Below are positions 30,085-40,319 of a DNA stretch of 64,000 nt, one piece after another; the first letter of the stretch is position 1; the number at the start of each line of letters is the position of its first letter. The position numbers and the translations under genes were made by a program. The stretch covers positions 192,001 to 256,000 of the forward strand of contig JAULAX010000015.1 of assembly GCA_032654565.1 (NCBI GenBank). Direction: 5' to 3'. The notes under the pieces are model-generated. The model was not told the DNA's origin. It saw only the letters and a program-made list of their open reading frames with translations, and ran no database searches. Source of the stretch: Anaeromyxobacteraceae bacterium. Its GTDB lineage: Bacteria; Myxococcota; Myxococcia; Myxococcales; Anaeromyxobacteraceae.

Positions 30085-30750
30085 GGTGGGGGCGCCGCGG
30101 GAGCGGCGGCGGTTCACGGCGGGCGGAAGGCGTAGCGAAGGGGCGCGGGCGGGCGGGGCTGCGAACGGCGCCGGTTGCGTGCGAGGCGGCTGGTGCCGAT
30201 CGCCGAGCGGGAGGCGCAGCGAAGGGTGCGTGGGTTCGGCCGGCGGCGCACGGCGGGCGGGCGGCGGTGCGAAGGGGCGCGGGGACGGGCGGGGCTGTTC
30301 GTCGAGCGGGAGGCGTAACGAGGGGGAGCGGGGCCTGCGCTGGGGCAGGTGGCTCCCGAGCGAGGTCCCTCCTTCGCGAGTCCCGACGTCGGGAAACGTA
30401 CCGCCGGTACGTCCAAGGAACTTCCAATGTATTCACGGTGGCTTGGACACTCACCGCGGCGCGTACCCAGAGTCATTTCGGGCGCCCGAAATGACGCTGC
30501 GTCCGTGTGGCCGGGGCACGGAAGAGCCGGCCCTGGCAGCCCTGCGGCCCCCCTCCCCTCGGCGGCCCCTCCCCCCCGCGACGTCCCCTCCCCTCGACGG
30601 CCGGTCGCGTCCGACGCGGAGCCGCTCGTCCGCGCCCTCCCCTTCGCCGCGCCGCTCGCCCGCGCACTCCCCTTCGCTGCGCCTCTCGATCGCGCTCCGG
30701 AGACGTTCGCCCGGGCTCACCGCCCGGCGCCGCCCTCCCCTACGCCTTCC
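30085..30750. repeat. Structured non-coding element: G-rich repeat arm, palindrome cluster, inverted C-rich repeat arm
   Basis: Perfect palindromes at 30381-30394 and 30472-30495. GGCG(C/T)AGCGAAGGG-like units occur four times on the left and twice inverted on the right. Confidence 0.7.
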
Positions 30751-31917
30751 CGAACAGGAACTTCTCGTCCTGGAAGGCGCGGATGGTGAGCGCCGTCACC
30801 AGCGCCGCCCAGAGCAGCGTCGAGCTCATGCAGAGCGCCATCTGGGAGGGCTCCACCGGCTCGCCGCGCAGCAGCCGGTTGACCAGCAGCTGGTCGCCGA
30901 AGGCCGGGATGGCCAGCATCCAGAGCTTGAGCTTGATGGGCACCAGGCCGAGGACGATGCCGGGGGTGGCCGGCACCAGCATCATGAAGGATACGCTCGA
31001 CTGGGCGGCGCGGAAGGTGCGGGCCCGCGAGGCCACCAGCAGGATGAAGGCGCTCACCAGCAGCAACAGCGGCAGCATCAGCGCCAGGATGCGCGCCAGC
31101 ACCGACACGTCGAGCCGCATGGAGAAGCCCAGCGTCTCCAGCGGCACCAGCAGCGGCACGAAGCCGAAGCCGACGGTGGTCTCCAGCAGCGCCACCCCGG
31201 CGAAGGTCGCGGTGGCCAGCAGCTTGCCCAGCACCACCGCCGAGCGCGGCACCGGGTGGAGCAGCAGCCCCTCCAGCGACTGCCGCTCGCGCTCGCCGGC
31301 GGTGGCGTCGATGGCCACCGACATCCCGCCGGTGAAGAGGGCGATGATCAGGAAGTAGGGGAGCATGGAGAGCAGCATGGCGGCGCGGCTCTGCGGCGTG
31401 GCCAGGTCCACCTCCTCCACCGCCAGCGCCGTCACCGCCGCCGGGTGGACGCCGCGCAGCACCAGCCGCTGCACGCCGATGCGCCGCGAGTAGCCCTCCA
31501 GCAGCGACTTGACCCGGGCCACCGCCGAGTGCGAGGTCCGCCGCGACTCGTCGAGGTAGAGCTTCACCGGGGCCGGGCGCCCCGCCCGCAGCGCCTCGGC
31601 GTGGTCGGCCGGGATCTCCAGCACCACGTCGGCGTCCCCCAGCCGGACCGCGGCGGCCGGGTCGGCCGGCGCCGCCTTCACCTCGACGCCGCGCTCGTTG
31701 AGGAAGGCCATCAGGTTGGGGGCGCGCTCGGCCGCCACCACCGGCAGCGCCACCGGCTTCTGGTCCACCTCGCGCGCCTCGCGGGAGACCAGCGTGAGCG
31801 TCCCGGCCAGCACCAGGGGGCCGAAGACCGGGAAGAAGAGCACCATCGCCAGGGTGCGCCGGTCGCGCAGGCTGTCGACCACCTCCTTCTTGAAGACCAC
31901 GCCGAGCAGGTCCCACC

Positions 31918-31921
<4 letters not shown>
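30740..31921 (-). CDS. ABC-2 type permease (NatB-like)
   Basis: VFKKEVVDSLRDRRTL, AIDATAGERERQSLE.LL..P, VVLGKLLA. Confidence 0.9.
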
Positions 31922-32645
<724 letters not shown>

Positions 32646-32649
<4 letters not shown>

Positions 32650-34142
32650 GGCATGGGCCCCGCCAGGTCGAGGAAGAAGGGCTGCGGCCTGACGTGGTCC
32701 AGGCAGGCGACGTCGAGGCCATCGATCGTGCCGGCGGCGATGAAGCGCTCGATCACCTTCGGCATGCAGCCGCGCGAGAGGTTGCCGTGCCCCTGTCCCG
32801 CCAGCGTCAGCTGTCGGCTGTGGGGCAGCCCCGCGGCGGCGACGGCGGCCCACTGCGGCGGCGTGACCGGGTCGGCCTCGCCTGAGAGCAGCAGCGTCGG
32901 CGCCGGGGAGCGGACCGGCTCCCGGAACGACGCCGGCACGGTGCCGTGGGGGAAGCGCCGGCAGGCGGCGCTGAAGGAGGCGCGGACCGAGCGCCCCAGG
33001 TAGAGGGCGCGCTCGGCGGCCGGGTCGCCGAGCGGGAACCAGGGGACGTCCTCGGGGCAGAGCACGGCGAACTGGAGCGGGCGGGAGATGGTGGCCTGGA
33101 TGTCGCGGCCGGCCGAGAGCCCCAGCGCCGCCAGCGGGCCGGGGTCGCCGCGCCGCGCCTCGGCCAGCAGCGCCGGCAGCAGCGAGACCGTCTCCGGCGC
33201 GTAGGAGAGCAGGAAGACCAGCCGGCGCACCGTGGCGGCGTCGAGCGCCACCTGGCGCGGGGCCCCGGTGAGCGGGTCGCGCAGCGAGAGGGTGCGTGGC
33301 TGCCGCTCCAGCGAGGCCACCAGCGCGGCCAGATCGCCGGCCGGGTCGGGGAAGGCCTTCCGGCAGGCGGCGTCGGCGCGGCAGCGGTCCGCCGCCAGGG
33401 TGAAGGCCCGCTGGGCGTCGCGCTCGAACCAGCCGCCGATGGCCATCTCCATGGGGGCGACGCCGTCGAGCACCATCGAGCGGACCCGGTCGGGGAAGCG
33501 GCGGGCGTAGACCAGCGCCATGCGCGTGCCGTAGGAGGCGCCCACCAGGTTGACCCGCGGGGCGCCCAGCGCCGCCCGCACCAGGTCGAGGTCGCGGGCG
33601 AAGTCCTCCGAGCCGTAGCGGCGCAGGTCGGCCTTCCTCGCGAGCGCCTCGCCGCAGGCGGCCACCAGCTTCAGCTCGGCCTCCTCGCCCCGGTCGACGG
33701 CGTCCGGCTCGGAGAGGTCGGTGCAGTCGAGCCGGGCCGAGCCGCCGGTGCCGCGCTGGTCCACCAGCACGATGTCGCGGTGGCGCGCCACCCGGGCCAG
33801 GGCGTCGGCGATGGCCGGGAAGATCTCGGTGGCCGCCTGGCCCGGACCGCCGGCGAGGAAGAAGACCGGGTCGGGCTGCCGGCCGGCGGCGGCGGCCTCG
33901 AGCACCGCCACCCGCAGCGCGAGGGTGCGGCCGCCGGGCTGGTCGTGGTCCTCGGGGACCTGCAGCGTGCCGCAGCGGGCCGGGATGCGGGTGGAAAGGA
34001 ACGGGTGGGCCAGCTGGCAGGGGGCCAGGGCCAGCGTCCGCGGTCCGGGCGGCGGCGGGGCCTCGCGGCGAAGCTTCACCACCAGCAGCCCGCCCACCAG
34101 GACGGCGGCGGCGATGGCGACGAGCCGGAGGCGCTGGCGCAT
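32646..34142 (-). CDS. TAP-like alpha/beta hydrolase (peptidase S33-like), N-terminal membrane anchor
   Basis: CGTLQVPED, LAGGPGQ, DQRGTG.S, GASYGT nucleophile, LDGVAP, DPVTPP, GHG. Confidence 0.88.
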
Positions 34143-34186
34143 CCCACCCTTCTAGCGCGGCGGGGCCGCCGCGGCGAGGCGCGTGG

Positions 34187-35092
34187 TCACGACGGGTACG
34201 GACCGGGCTGCTCCTCGGCGGAGGCCTGGCGCCGGGCCTGCCAGGCGCCGCCCACCTCGCCGGCCACCACGCCGAGCACGATCAGGCCGCCCCCGGTCCA
34301 GCCCAGCAGGCCGAGCTGCTCGCCGATGATCAGCCAGCTGAATGAGGCCGCCGAGACCGGCTCCAGCGCGTAGATCAGGGCGGCGCGGACGGCGGTGGTG
34401 TGGCGCTGCGCCCAGTTCATGACGAAGAAGGCGCCGGCGGTCATCACCAGGCCGGTGAAGGCCACGGTGCCGGCCAGCTCCGCCCCGCGGGCGGCGTCGA
34501 GCCGGATCCCCTCGAAGGGGATCATCAGCAGCGCCCCCACCAGCACCACCGAGACCTGCAGCAGCGTGAAGGGGATGAGCGGGTGGCGCTTCGACCACTC
34601 GCTGGTGAAGGAGATCTGCAGGGCGTAGGCCAGGGCGCAGCCGCCGGTGAGCAGGTCGCCGAGCGCCTGGTCGGGGTGGGCGGCCTCGCCGAACGGGTTG
34701 GCCAGCAGCGCGGCCCCGGCCACCGCCAGCCCCACCCCCACCCAGGCGCTCCAGCCCACCGCCCGGCGCAGCGTGAAGTGGGCGATGAAGGGGACGACCA
34801 GCACCGAGAGCCCGGTGAAGAAGCCGGAGCGCGCCGGGGTGGTGAAGCGCAGCCCGGCGGTCTGCAGGGCGAAGCCGGCCAGCATGAAGAGGCCGAGCAG
34901 CAGGCCGTCGCGCCAGAAGCCGGGCCCGATCCGGTCGCGCCGCCAGAGCGCCACCACCCCCAGCGCCGCGGCGGCCAGCGCGAAGCGGAGCGCCAGGAAG
35001 ATCCCCGGGGAGGTGATCTCCATGGCCCCCTTCACCAGGGTGAAGGTGCTGCCCCAGAGCAGGGTGAGGAGGATGAGCGAGAGTTCCGGCAC
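34187..35092 (-). CDS. DMT/EamA family transporter
   Basis: LWGSTF..VK, LRF.LA, LQT.GL..T, ALIYALEPV; about 10 TM helices. Confidence 0.9.
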   Translation of the reverse strand: MPELSLILLTLLWGSTFTLVKGAMEITSPGIFLALRFALAAAALGVVALWRRDRIGPGFWRDGLLLGLFMLAGFALQTAGLRFTTPARSGFFTGLSVLVVPFIAHFTLRRAVGWSAWVGVGLAVAGAALLANPFGEAAHPDQALGDLLTGGCALAYALQISFTSEWSKRHPLIPFTLLQVSVVLVGALLMIPFEGIRLDAARGAELAGTVAFTGLVMTAGAFFVMNWAQRHTTAVRAALIYALEPVSAASFSWLIIGEQLGLLGWTGGGLIVLGVVAGEVGGAWQARRQASAEEQPGPYPS

Positions 35093-35223
35093 GGGGGGCC
35101 TTGTAGCCGAAGCCGGGGGGCCGGGCCAGCGCCGCAGGAGTGACCCGGGCCCGGCGAGGCCCCGGCGCGACCTGGGGGGCCGTCATGCCCCGGCGCGACC
35201 GTGGGAGCCGGAACGGCCCGGGG

Positions 35224-36249
35224 TCAGGCCGCCCGGTGGAACATCCAGGCGCCCTCTTCCTCGACGCGGACCACCGCCCCCCGGTCCTCGAGCACCTCGA
35301 GGTTGGCCACGGTCTCGCTCATGGTCAGGAAGGTGTCGGCGGGGCTGGCCCGGGGGAAGAGGACGCGGCAGAGCTCGTAGGCCGAGTGCGGTCGCTCGGC
35401 CAGCAGCCCGTGCAGCCGGGCCTGGCGCTTCTCGTAGAAGCCGAGCAGCCCGTCGATGAGCGCCCGGTGGCCGGTGAAGCCGGGTCCGTGGCCGGGCAGG
35501 ACCAGCCCGATCTCCATGGCCCGGGTCCGCACCACCGACTCGAGGTAGCTGGCCAGCGGCCGGTGGACCTGCCGCCCCTCGGCGTCCAGCTCGATGATGG
35601 GGTTGGGCGAGACCTTCTCCAGCAGGTGGTCGGCGGGGAGCAGCACGCCGTGCGACGGCGCCCAGAGGCAGATGAGCCCGGGGGTGTGGCCGGGCATCTC
35701 GATCACCTCGAAGCGCAGGGCCCGCCCCTCGACGACGGCGCCGGCCTCGATGGGCTGCACCCCGGGGATGCGGCGGGCCAGCCGGTAGGACCCCTCGCCC
35801 GACGCCGCCATGGCCACCATCACCTCCATGGGGACGCCCAGCTTGAAGAAGTGGGCCCCGTAGAGGTGGTGCTGGTCGCGCAGCCGCGGGCCGCGCTCGT
35901 CCATCTTGAGGACGTCGCGGGGGTGGGCGAAGACCGGCACCTCGCCGCCGTTCCGCTCCTGGATCCAGCGGGCGGCGCCGAAGTGGTCGACGTGGCCGTG
36001 GCTGACCACGATGCGGCGCACCTCCTCGAAGCGGAAGCCGAGCCGCTCGAAGCCGGCCTGCAGCGCCGCCTCGGCCGGCGGCGAGCCGAGCCCGGCGTCG
36101 AAGAGGACCAGGCCGCCCCCGTCCGCCTCGATGACGTAGAGGTTGACCGGGCCGCCGGCGGCCACGAAGGGGATGGGGAGCGGCAGCCGGTGGACCCCCA
36201 GCCCGGCCAGGTCCTGCTCGGTCAGCGGCGGCCGCCCCGCCTCCGTCAA
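35224..36249 (-). CDS. MBL-fold metallo-hydrolase (TTG start overlapping the etfA stop)
   Basis: VNLYVI, FDAG, SHGHVDHFG, PGHTPG, ADHLL, LPGHG. Confidence 0.85.
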   Translation of the reverse strand: MTEAGRPPLTEQDLAGLGVHRLPLPIPFVAAGGPVNLYVIEADGGGLVLFDAGLGSPPAEAALQAGFERLGFRFEEVRRIVVSHGHVDHFGAARWIQERNGGEVPVFAHPRDVLKMDERGPRLRDQHHLYGAHFFKLGVPMEVMVAMAASGEGSYRLARRIPGVQPIEAGAVVEGRALRFEVIEMPGHTPGLICLWAPSHGVLLPADHLLEKVSPNPIIELDAEGRQVHRPLASYLESVVRTRAMEIGLVLPGHGPGFTGHRALIDGLLGFYEKRQARLHGLLAERPHSAYELCRVLFPRASPADTFLTMSETVANLEVLEDRGAVVRVEEEGAWMFHRAA

Positions 36250-37202
36250 TGCCCCGCCTTCACCTTGGCCAGCAGCTCGGGGAGCACCTTGAAGAGGTCG
36301 CCCACCAGGCCGTAGTCGGCGATCTGGAAGATGGGCGCCTCCGGGTCCTTGTTGATGGCCACGATCACCTTGGAGCCCTTCATGCCGGCCACGTGCTGGA
36401 TGGCGCCGGAGATGCCGGCCGCCACGTAGAGGTCGGGGGCCACCACCTTGCCGGTCTGCCCCACCTGCCAGTCGTTGGGGGCCCAGCCGGCGTCGACGGC
36501 GGCGCGGCTGGCGCCCAGGGCGCCGCCGAGGGCGTCGGCCAGCGCCTCGAGCGGCTTGAAGTCGCCCTTGGTGCCGCGGCCGCCGGCCACCACCACCCGG
36601 GCCTCGGTCAGCTCGGGCCGCTCGCTCTTGACCTCCTGGAAGGAGACGTAGCGGGTCTTGGGCGCCGGGACCTCGGCCGCCACCGCCTTGACCTCGCCGG
36701 CGGCGCCGGCGGTGGCCTGCGGGTACTCGGTGGGACGGATGGTGAACGCCTTGACGGCGGTGCCCAGCTCCACGTCGGCCAGCACGTTGCCGGCCCACAT
36801 GGGACGGCGGAAGAGCACCGCGGCCCCCTCGCCGGCGAAGGCGGTGACCTCGGTGGCCATGGCGGCGTCGAGCAGCGCCGCGGCGCGCGGGGTGAGGTCC
36901 TTGCCGTAGGCGGTGGCGGCGGCCCCCAGGTAGGTGGCGCCCAGGGACTTGGCCAGCGCCACCACCACCGGGGCGTGGGTCTCGGCCAGCGGGGCCGCCA
37001 GCCCTTCGGCGTCGGCGACGTGGACGGTGGCGCCGGTGGCGGCCAGCGACTTCCCGGCCTCGGCGATCCCCTTCCCCAGCAGGACCACGTGGAGGGCGCC
37101 GCCGCTGCGCTTCGCCAGCTGCTGGCCGGCGCCGATGGCGTGCAGGGAGGCCCGGCGGACCTGCCCCTTGAAGGCTTCTGCGATGATCAGGACGTTGGAC
37201 AT
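36246..37202 (-). CDS. etfA: Electron transfer flavoprotein alpha subunit
   Basis: [55 protein letters not shown]. Confidence 0.95.
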   Translation of the reverse strand: MSNVLIIAEAFKGQVRRASLHAIGAGQQLAKRSGGALHVVLLGKGIAEAGKSLAATGATVHVADAEGLAAPLAETHAPVVVALAKSLGATYLGAAATAYGKDLTPRAAALLDAAMATEVTAFAGEGAAVLFRRPMWAGNVLADVELGTAVKAFTIRPTEYPQATAGAAGEVKAVAAEVPAPKTRYVSFQEVKSERPELTEARVVVAGGRGTKGDFKPLEALADALGGALGASRAAVDAGWAPNDWQVGQTGKVVAPDLYVAAGISGAIQHVAGMKGSKVIVAINKDPEAPIFQIADYGLVGDLFKVLPELLAKVKAGH

Positions 37203-37216
37203 GGTGGCCTCGAAGG

Positions 37217-38020
37217 TCAGACGACCTTCGCCTCCTCGTGGAGCTTCTTCCAGAGCTCTTCGACGTCGGCCACCTTCAGGCCGCCCTTGCGCGCTGGCGG
37301 TTCGAGATACTTCTTCACCACCACCCGGGGCGTCAGGTCGGCCCCCAGCGTGGCGGCCTGCAGCTCCTTCAGCTCCTTCTTCTTGGCCTTCATGATGCCG
37401 GGCAGCGAGGCGAAGCGCGGCTTGTTGAGCCGCAGGTCGCAGGTCACCACCGCCGGCAGCGGCAGGTCGAGGGTCTCGACGCCGCCGTCGATCTCGCGGA
37501 CCACCTCCAGCCGCTTGCCGTCGGCGGCCAGCTTCAGGCCGGGGACCTTCTTCTGCTCGGCCTCGCTCTCCAGGCTCTCGGTCTTGGAGGCGAAGGTGCC
37601 CTGCGGCAGGCCGAGGCGCGCCGCCAGGTACTGGCCGGCCTGGTTCTGGTCGTCGTCGATCGACTGCTTGCCGAGCAGGATCAGGTCGGGCTTCTCCAGC
37701 TCCACCACCTTCACGAGGATGGCCGACACCACCACCGGGTCGAGCGGCCCGTCGTGGCGGACCAGCACGCCGCGGTCGGCCCCCATGGCGAGGGCGGCCC
37801 GGATCTCGGTGGCCGACTTCTCGCCGCCGATCGAGACCACCACCACCTCGCCGCCGTGGGCCTCCTTCAGGCGGAGCCCCTCCTCGACCGCGATCTCGTC
37901 GAACGGGTTCATCTTGTAGTTGACCCCGTCCGTGACGATCCCCGAACCATCCGGCTTGACACGGATTTTCGACTCGGGATCCTCGACGCGCTTCACCGTG
38001 ACGACAATCTTCAACGCCAT
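37217..38020 (-). CDS. etfB: Electron transfer flavoprotein beta subunit
   Basis: VKRVEDP, MNPFDEIAVEE, ALAMGAD, GKQSIDDD, REIDGG, LN.PRFASLPGIMKAKKK. Confidence 0.95.
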   Translation of the reverse strand: MALKIVVTVKRVEDPESKIRVKPDGSGIVTDGVNYKMNPFDEIAVEEGLRLKEAHGGEVVVVSIGGEKSATEIRAALAMGADRGVLVRHDGPLDPVVVSAILVKVVELEKPDLILLGKQSIDDDQNQAGQYLAARLGLPQGTFASKTESLESEAEQKKVPGLKLAADGKRLEVVREIDGGVETLDLPLPAVVTCDLRLNKPRFASLPGIMKAKKKELKELQAATLGADLTPRVVVKKYLEPPARKGGLKVADVEELWKKLHEEAKVV

Positions 38021-38032
38021 GAGTGGAGTCTC

Positions 38033-38066
38033 CTGATTCTAGAATCAGCCTTGGGAGTATGCCCAA
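38033..38066. promoter_or_regulatory. Operator-like palindromes upstream of etfB
   Basis: Perfect 16-bp CTGATTCTAGAATCAG (38033-38048) touching the RBS; TTGGG-N6-CCCAA (38051-38066). Confidence 0.55.
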
Positions 38067-38172
38067 ATGGAGGGCTGCAAGCAACTGTAGACCAAGCACC
38101 CCGCGCGGATCCGTCACGCCCCGATTATCCCGGGTGTCGCCCTACCCGCCGCAGCGCCGCGATCCAGGTTCG

Positions 38173-39273
38173 CTACGGCTCGCCGGAGCGCCGGAGCTGC
38201 AGCTCGCGGTAGCGGAACGCGGTCTCCTCGCCGGAGAGCACCCGCAGCGCCCCCTCGGCCAGCGCCAGGAGCTCGTCCTCGCCGGGCCAGACCACCACCG
38301 GGGCCACGAAGGCGACGCGGGCCCGCACCGGCTCGACCACCTCGGCGAGGTGGGCCAGGCCGCCGGTGAGCAGCACGGCGTCGACCCGCCCCGCGAGCGC
38401 CGCCGCCAGCGCCCCGATCCCCTTCGCCACCTGGTAGGTCACCGCCTCCACCAGCAGCGCCGCCCGGCCGTCGCCGGCCCCGGCCCGGCGGAGCGCCTCG
38501 CGCACGTCGCGGGTGCCGAGGTGGGCGTAGAGCCCGCCGTCGCCGAAGAGGCGGCGCCTCAGCGCGGCCCGGGACGCGCCGGGGGCGAAGCAGAGCTCGA
38601 GGAGCGCCGTGGCCGGCACCGCGCCGGCCCGGTCGCCGCTCATGGGCCCCTCGTCCTGCGGGTTGATGACGTCGACCATCCGCCCGTCGCGCAGCGCCGC
38701 CAGGGAGATGCCGGTGCCGAGGTGGGCCACCACCAGGCGCAGGTCGGCGAGCGGCCGCGAGGCCGAGGCGGCGTGGCGGCGGGCCACGGCGCGGATGTTG
38801 AGGGCGTGCGAGAAGCTGCGCCGCTCCACGCCGAGCAGGCCGGTGATGCGGGCCACCGGCTCGAGCTGGTCCACCGCCACCGGGTCGACCACCAGGGCCA
38901 GCGCCCCGTGGGCCTCGGCCACCGCCCGGGCCAGCGGCGCGCCCAGGTTGGAGGCGTGCTCGCCCCGCTCGGCCCGCTCCAGCTCGGCCAGCATGGCGTC
39001 GTCCACCAGGAAGGCGCCGGCCGGCACCGGCGGCAGGAGGCCGCCCCGCCCCACCACCGCGGCCAGCGCCCCGCGGGCCACCCCGGCCTCGAGGAGGAAG
39101 GCCTGCACCGCCTCGAGCCGGGCCGGGAGCTCGTCCCAGGTCCGCGCCGCCGGCCGCTCCAGCAGCACCGGGTGCTCGAGCCGCGCCTCGCGCTCACAGG
39201 CCGGGCCGCGGTAGAGCGCCAGCTTGGTGGAGCCGGCGCCGGGGTTGATGGCCAGCAGCAGCGGCGCGGTCAC
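38173..39273 (-). CDS. buk: Butyrate kinase
   Basis: INPGAGSTK, GRGGLL, HASNLG, VDPVAVD, HALN, AHLGTGIS, TGGLAH, PGEDE. Confidence 0.92.
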   Translation of the reverse strand: MTAPLLLAINPGAGSTKLALYRGPACEREARLEHPVLLERPAARTWDELPARLEAVQAFLLEAGVARGALAAVVGRGGLLPPVPAGAFLVDDAMLAELERAERGEHASNLGAPLARAVAEAHGALALVVDPVAVDQLEPVARITGLLGVERRSFSHALNIRAVARRHAASASRPLADLRLVVAHLGTGISLAALRDGRMVDVINPQDEGPMSGDRAGAVPATALLELCFAPGASRAALRRRLFGDGGLYAHLGTRDVREALRRAGAGDGRAALLVEAVTYQVAKGIGALAAALAGRVDAVLLTGGLAHLAEVVEPVRARVAFVAPVVVWPGEDELLALAEGALRVLSGEETAFRYRELQLRRSGEP

Positions 39274-40190
39274 GGGGCCTCGCCGGCCGCCAGCACGCCC
39301 AGGGCGATGGAGAGCAGCTTGTCCTCGGCCCGCTCGGCGCGGCTGGGGATGAGCACCGGCGCCAGCGCCCCCATGATGACGTGGGCCACGTGGGCGTGGG
39401 CCAGGTAGGTGAAGGCCTTGCCGAGGGCGTTGCCGGCCTCGATGGTGGGGGCCAGCAGCACGTCGGCCCGGCCCGCCACCGGGTGGGTGATCCCCTTCAG
39501 CTCGGCCGCCTCCGGCGAGAGGGCGTTGTCGAGCGCCAGCGGCGGCGAGACCTCGCAGCCGGCCAGCTCCCCGCGGGCGGCGAGCTCGGCCAGCGCCGCC
39601 GCCTCCACGGTGTGGGGCATGGCCGGGGTGACGGTCTCGGAGGCGCAGAGGCAGGCGACGCGCGGCCGGGCGTGGCCGAGCCGGTGGAAGAGGGCGACGG
39701 CGTTCTCGATGATGGCCCGCTTCTGCGCCAGCGTCGGGGCCACGTTGATGCCGCCGTCGGTGACCCCGAGCAGCCGCGGCTCGCGGGAGAGCGGGTGGTC
39801 GGCCACCAGCACGTCGGAGAGCAGCTGGCCGGTGCGCAGGCCGGTGGCCCGGTCCAGCACCGCCCGCAGCAGGTCGCCGGTGGAGAGCCGCCCCTTCATG
39901 AGGATGGCCGCCTCGCCGCCGCGGATCATGGCCACGGCGCGCCGGGCGGCGTCCTGGTCGTCGGCGGCGGGGCGCAGGTCGAAGTGGGCCGGGTCCTCGC
40001 CCATGGCCACCAGGGCGTCGCCGAGCGCGGCCCGGTGGCCCACCAGGCTGACCTCGGCCAGCCCCTGGCGGCGGGCCAGCACCACCGCCGCCAGCGCCGT
40101 CTCGCTCTCGGCGGCGGCCACCACCAGCCGGCGCGGGCCGCGGGCGCAGGCCTCGGCGAGCAGTCGATCGAGCGTGGTGATGGGCTTCAT
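39270..40190 (-). CDS. ptb: Phosphate butyryltransferase (PTA/PTB family)
   Basis: LMKG.LST..LLRAVL, TDGGIN..P, LALDNALS.EAA..KGI..PVAG.AD.LLAPTIEAGNALGK, SRA. Confidence 0.88.
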   Translation of the reverse strand: MKPITTLDRLLAEACARGPRRLVVAAAESETALAAVVLARRQGLAEVSLVGHRAALGDALVAMGEDPAHFDLRPAADDQDAARRAVAMIRGGEAAILMKGRLSTGDLLRAVLDRATGLRTGQLLSDVLVADHPLSREPRLLGVTDGGINVAPTLAQKRAIIENAVALFHRLGHARPRVACLCASETVTPAMPHTVEAAALAELAARGELAGCEVSPPLALDNALSPEAAELKGITHPVAGRADVLLAPTIEAGNALGKAFTYLAHAHVAHVIMGALAPVLIPSRAERAEDKLLSIALGVLAAGEAP

Positions 40191-40319
40191 CGTCGCCTGT
40201 GTCTAAGATGATCGCCTTTGTCGGCAGGATGACGGCGGACGGCTCAGGTTCTACCCCGGACCGGCGCCGCCAGCCATGAACGAGGCGGCCCGCGGTGGGG
40301 CCCAGGGAGCGCCCGCGCG

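Noticed and set aside
30086..30789. ORFs crossing the 30-kb intergenic element (30114-30476, 30349-30789, 30451-30720)
   Set aside because: Low-complexity translations, no RBS or motif support, mutually overlapping.
35159..35200. 14-bp direct repeat gccccggcgcgacc upstream of the EamA gene
   Set aside because: Almost all G/C and short; plausible by chance in this composition.
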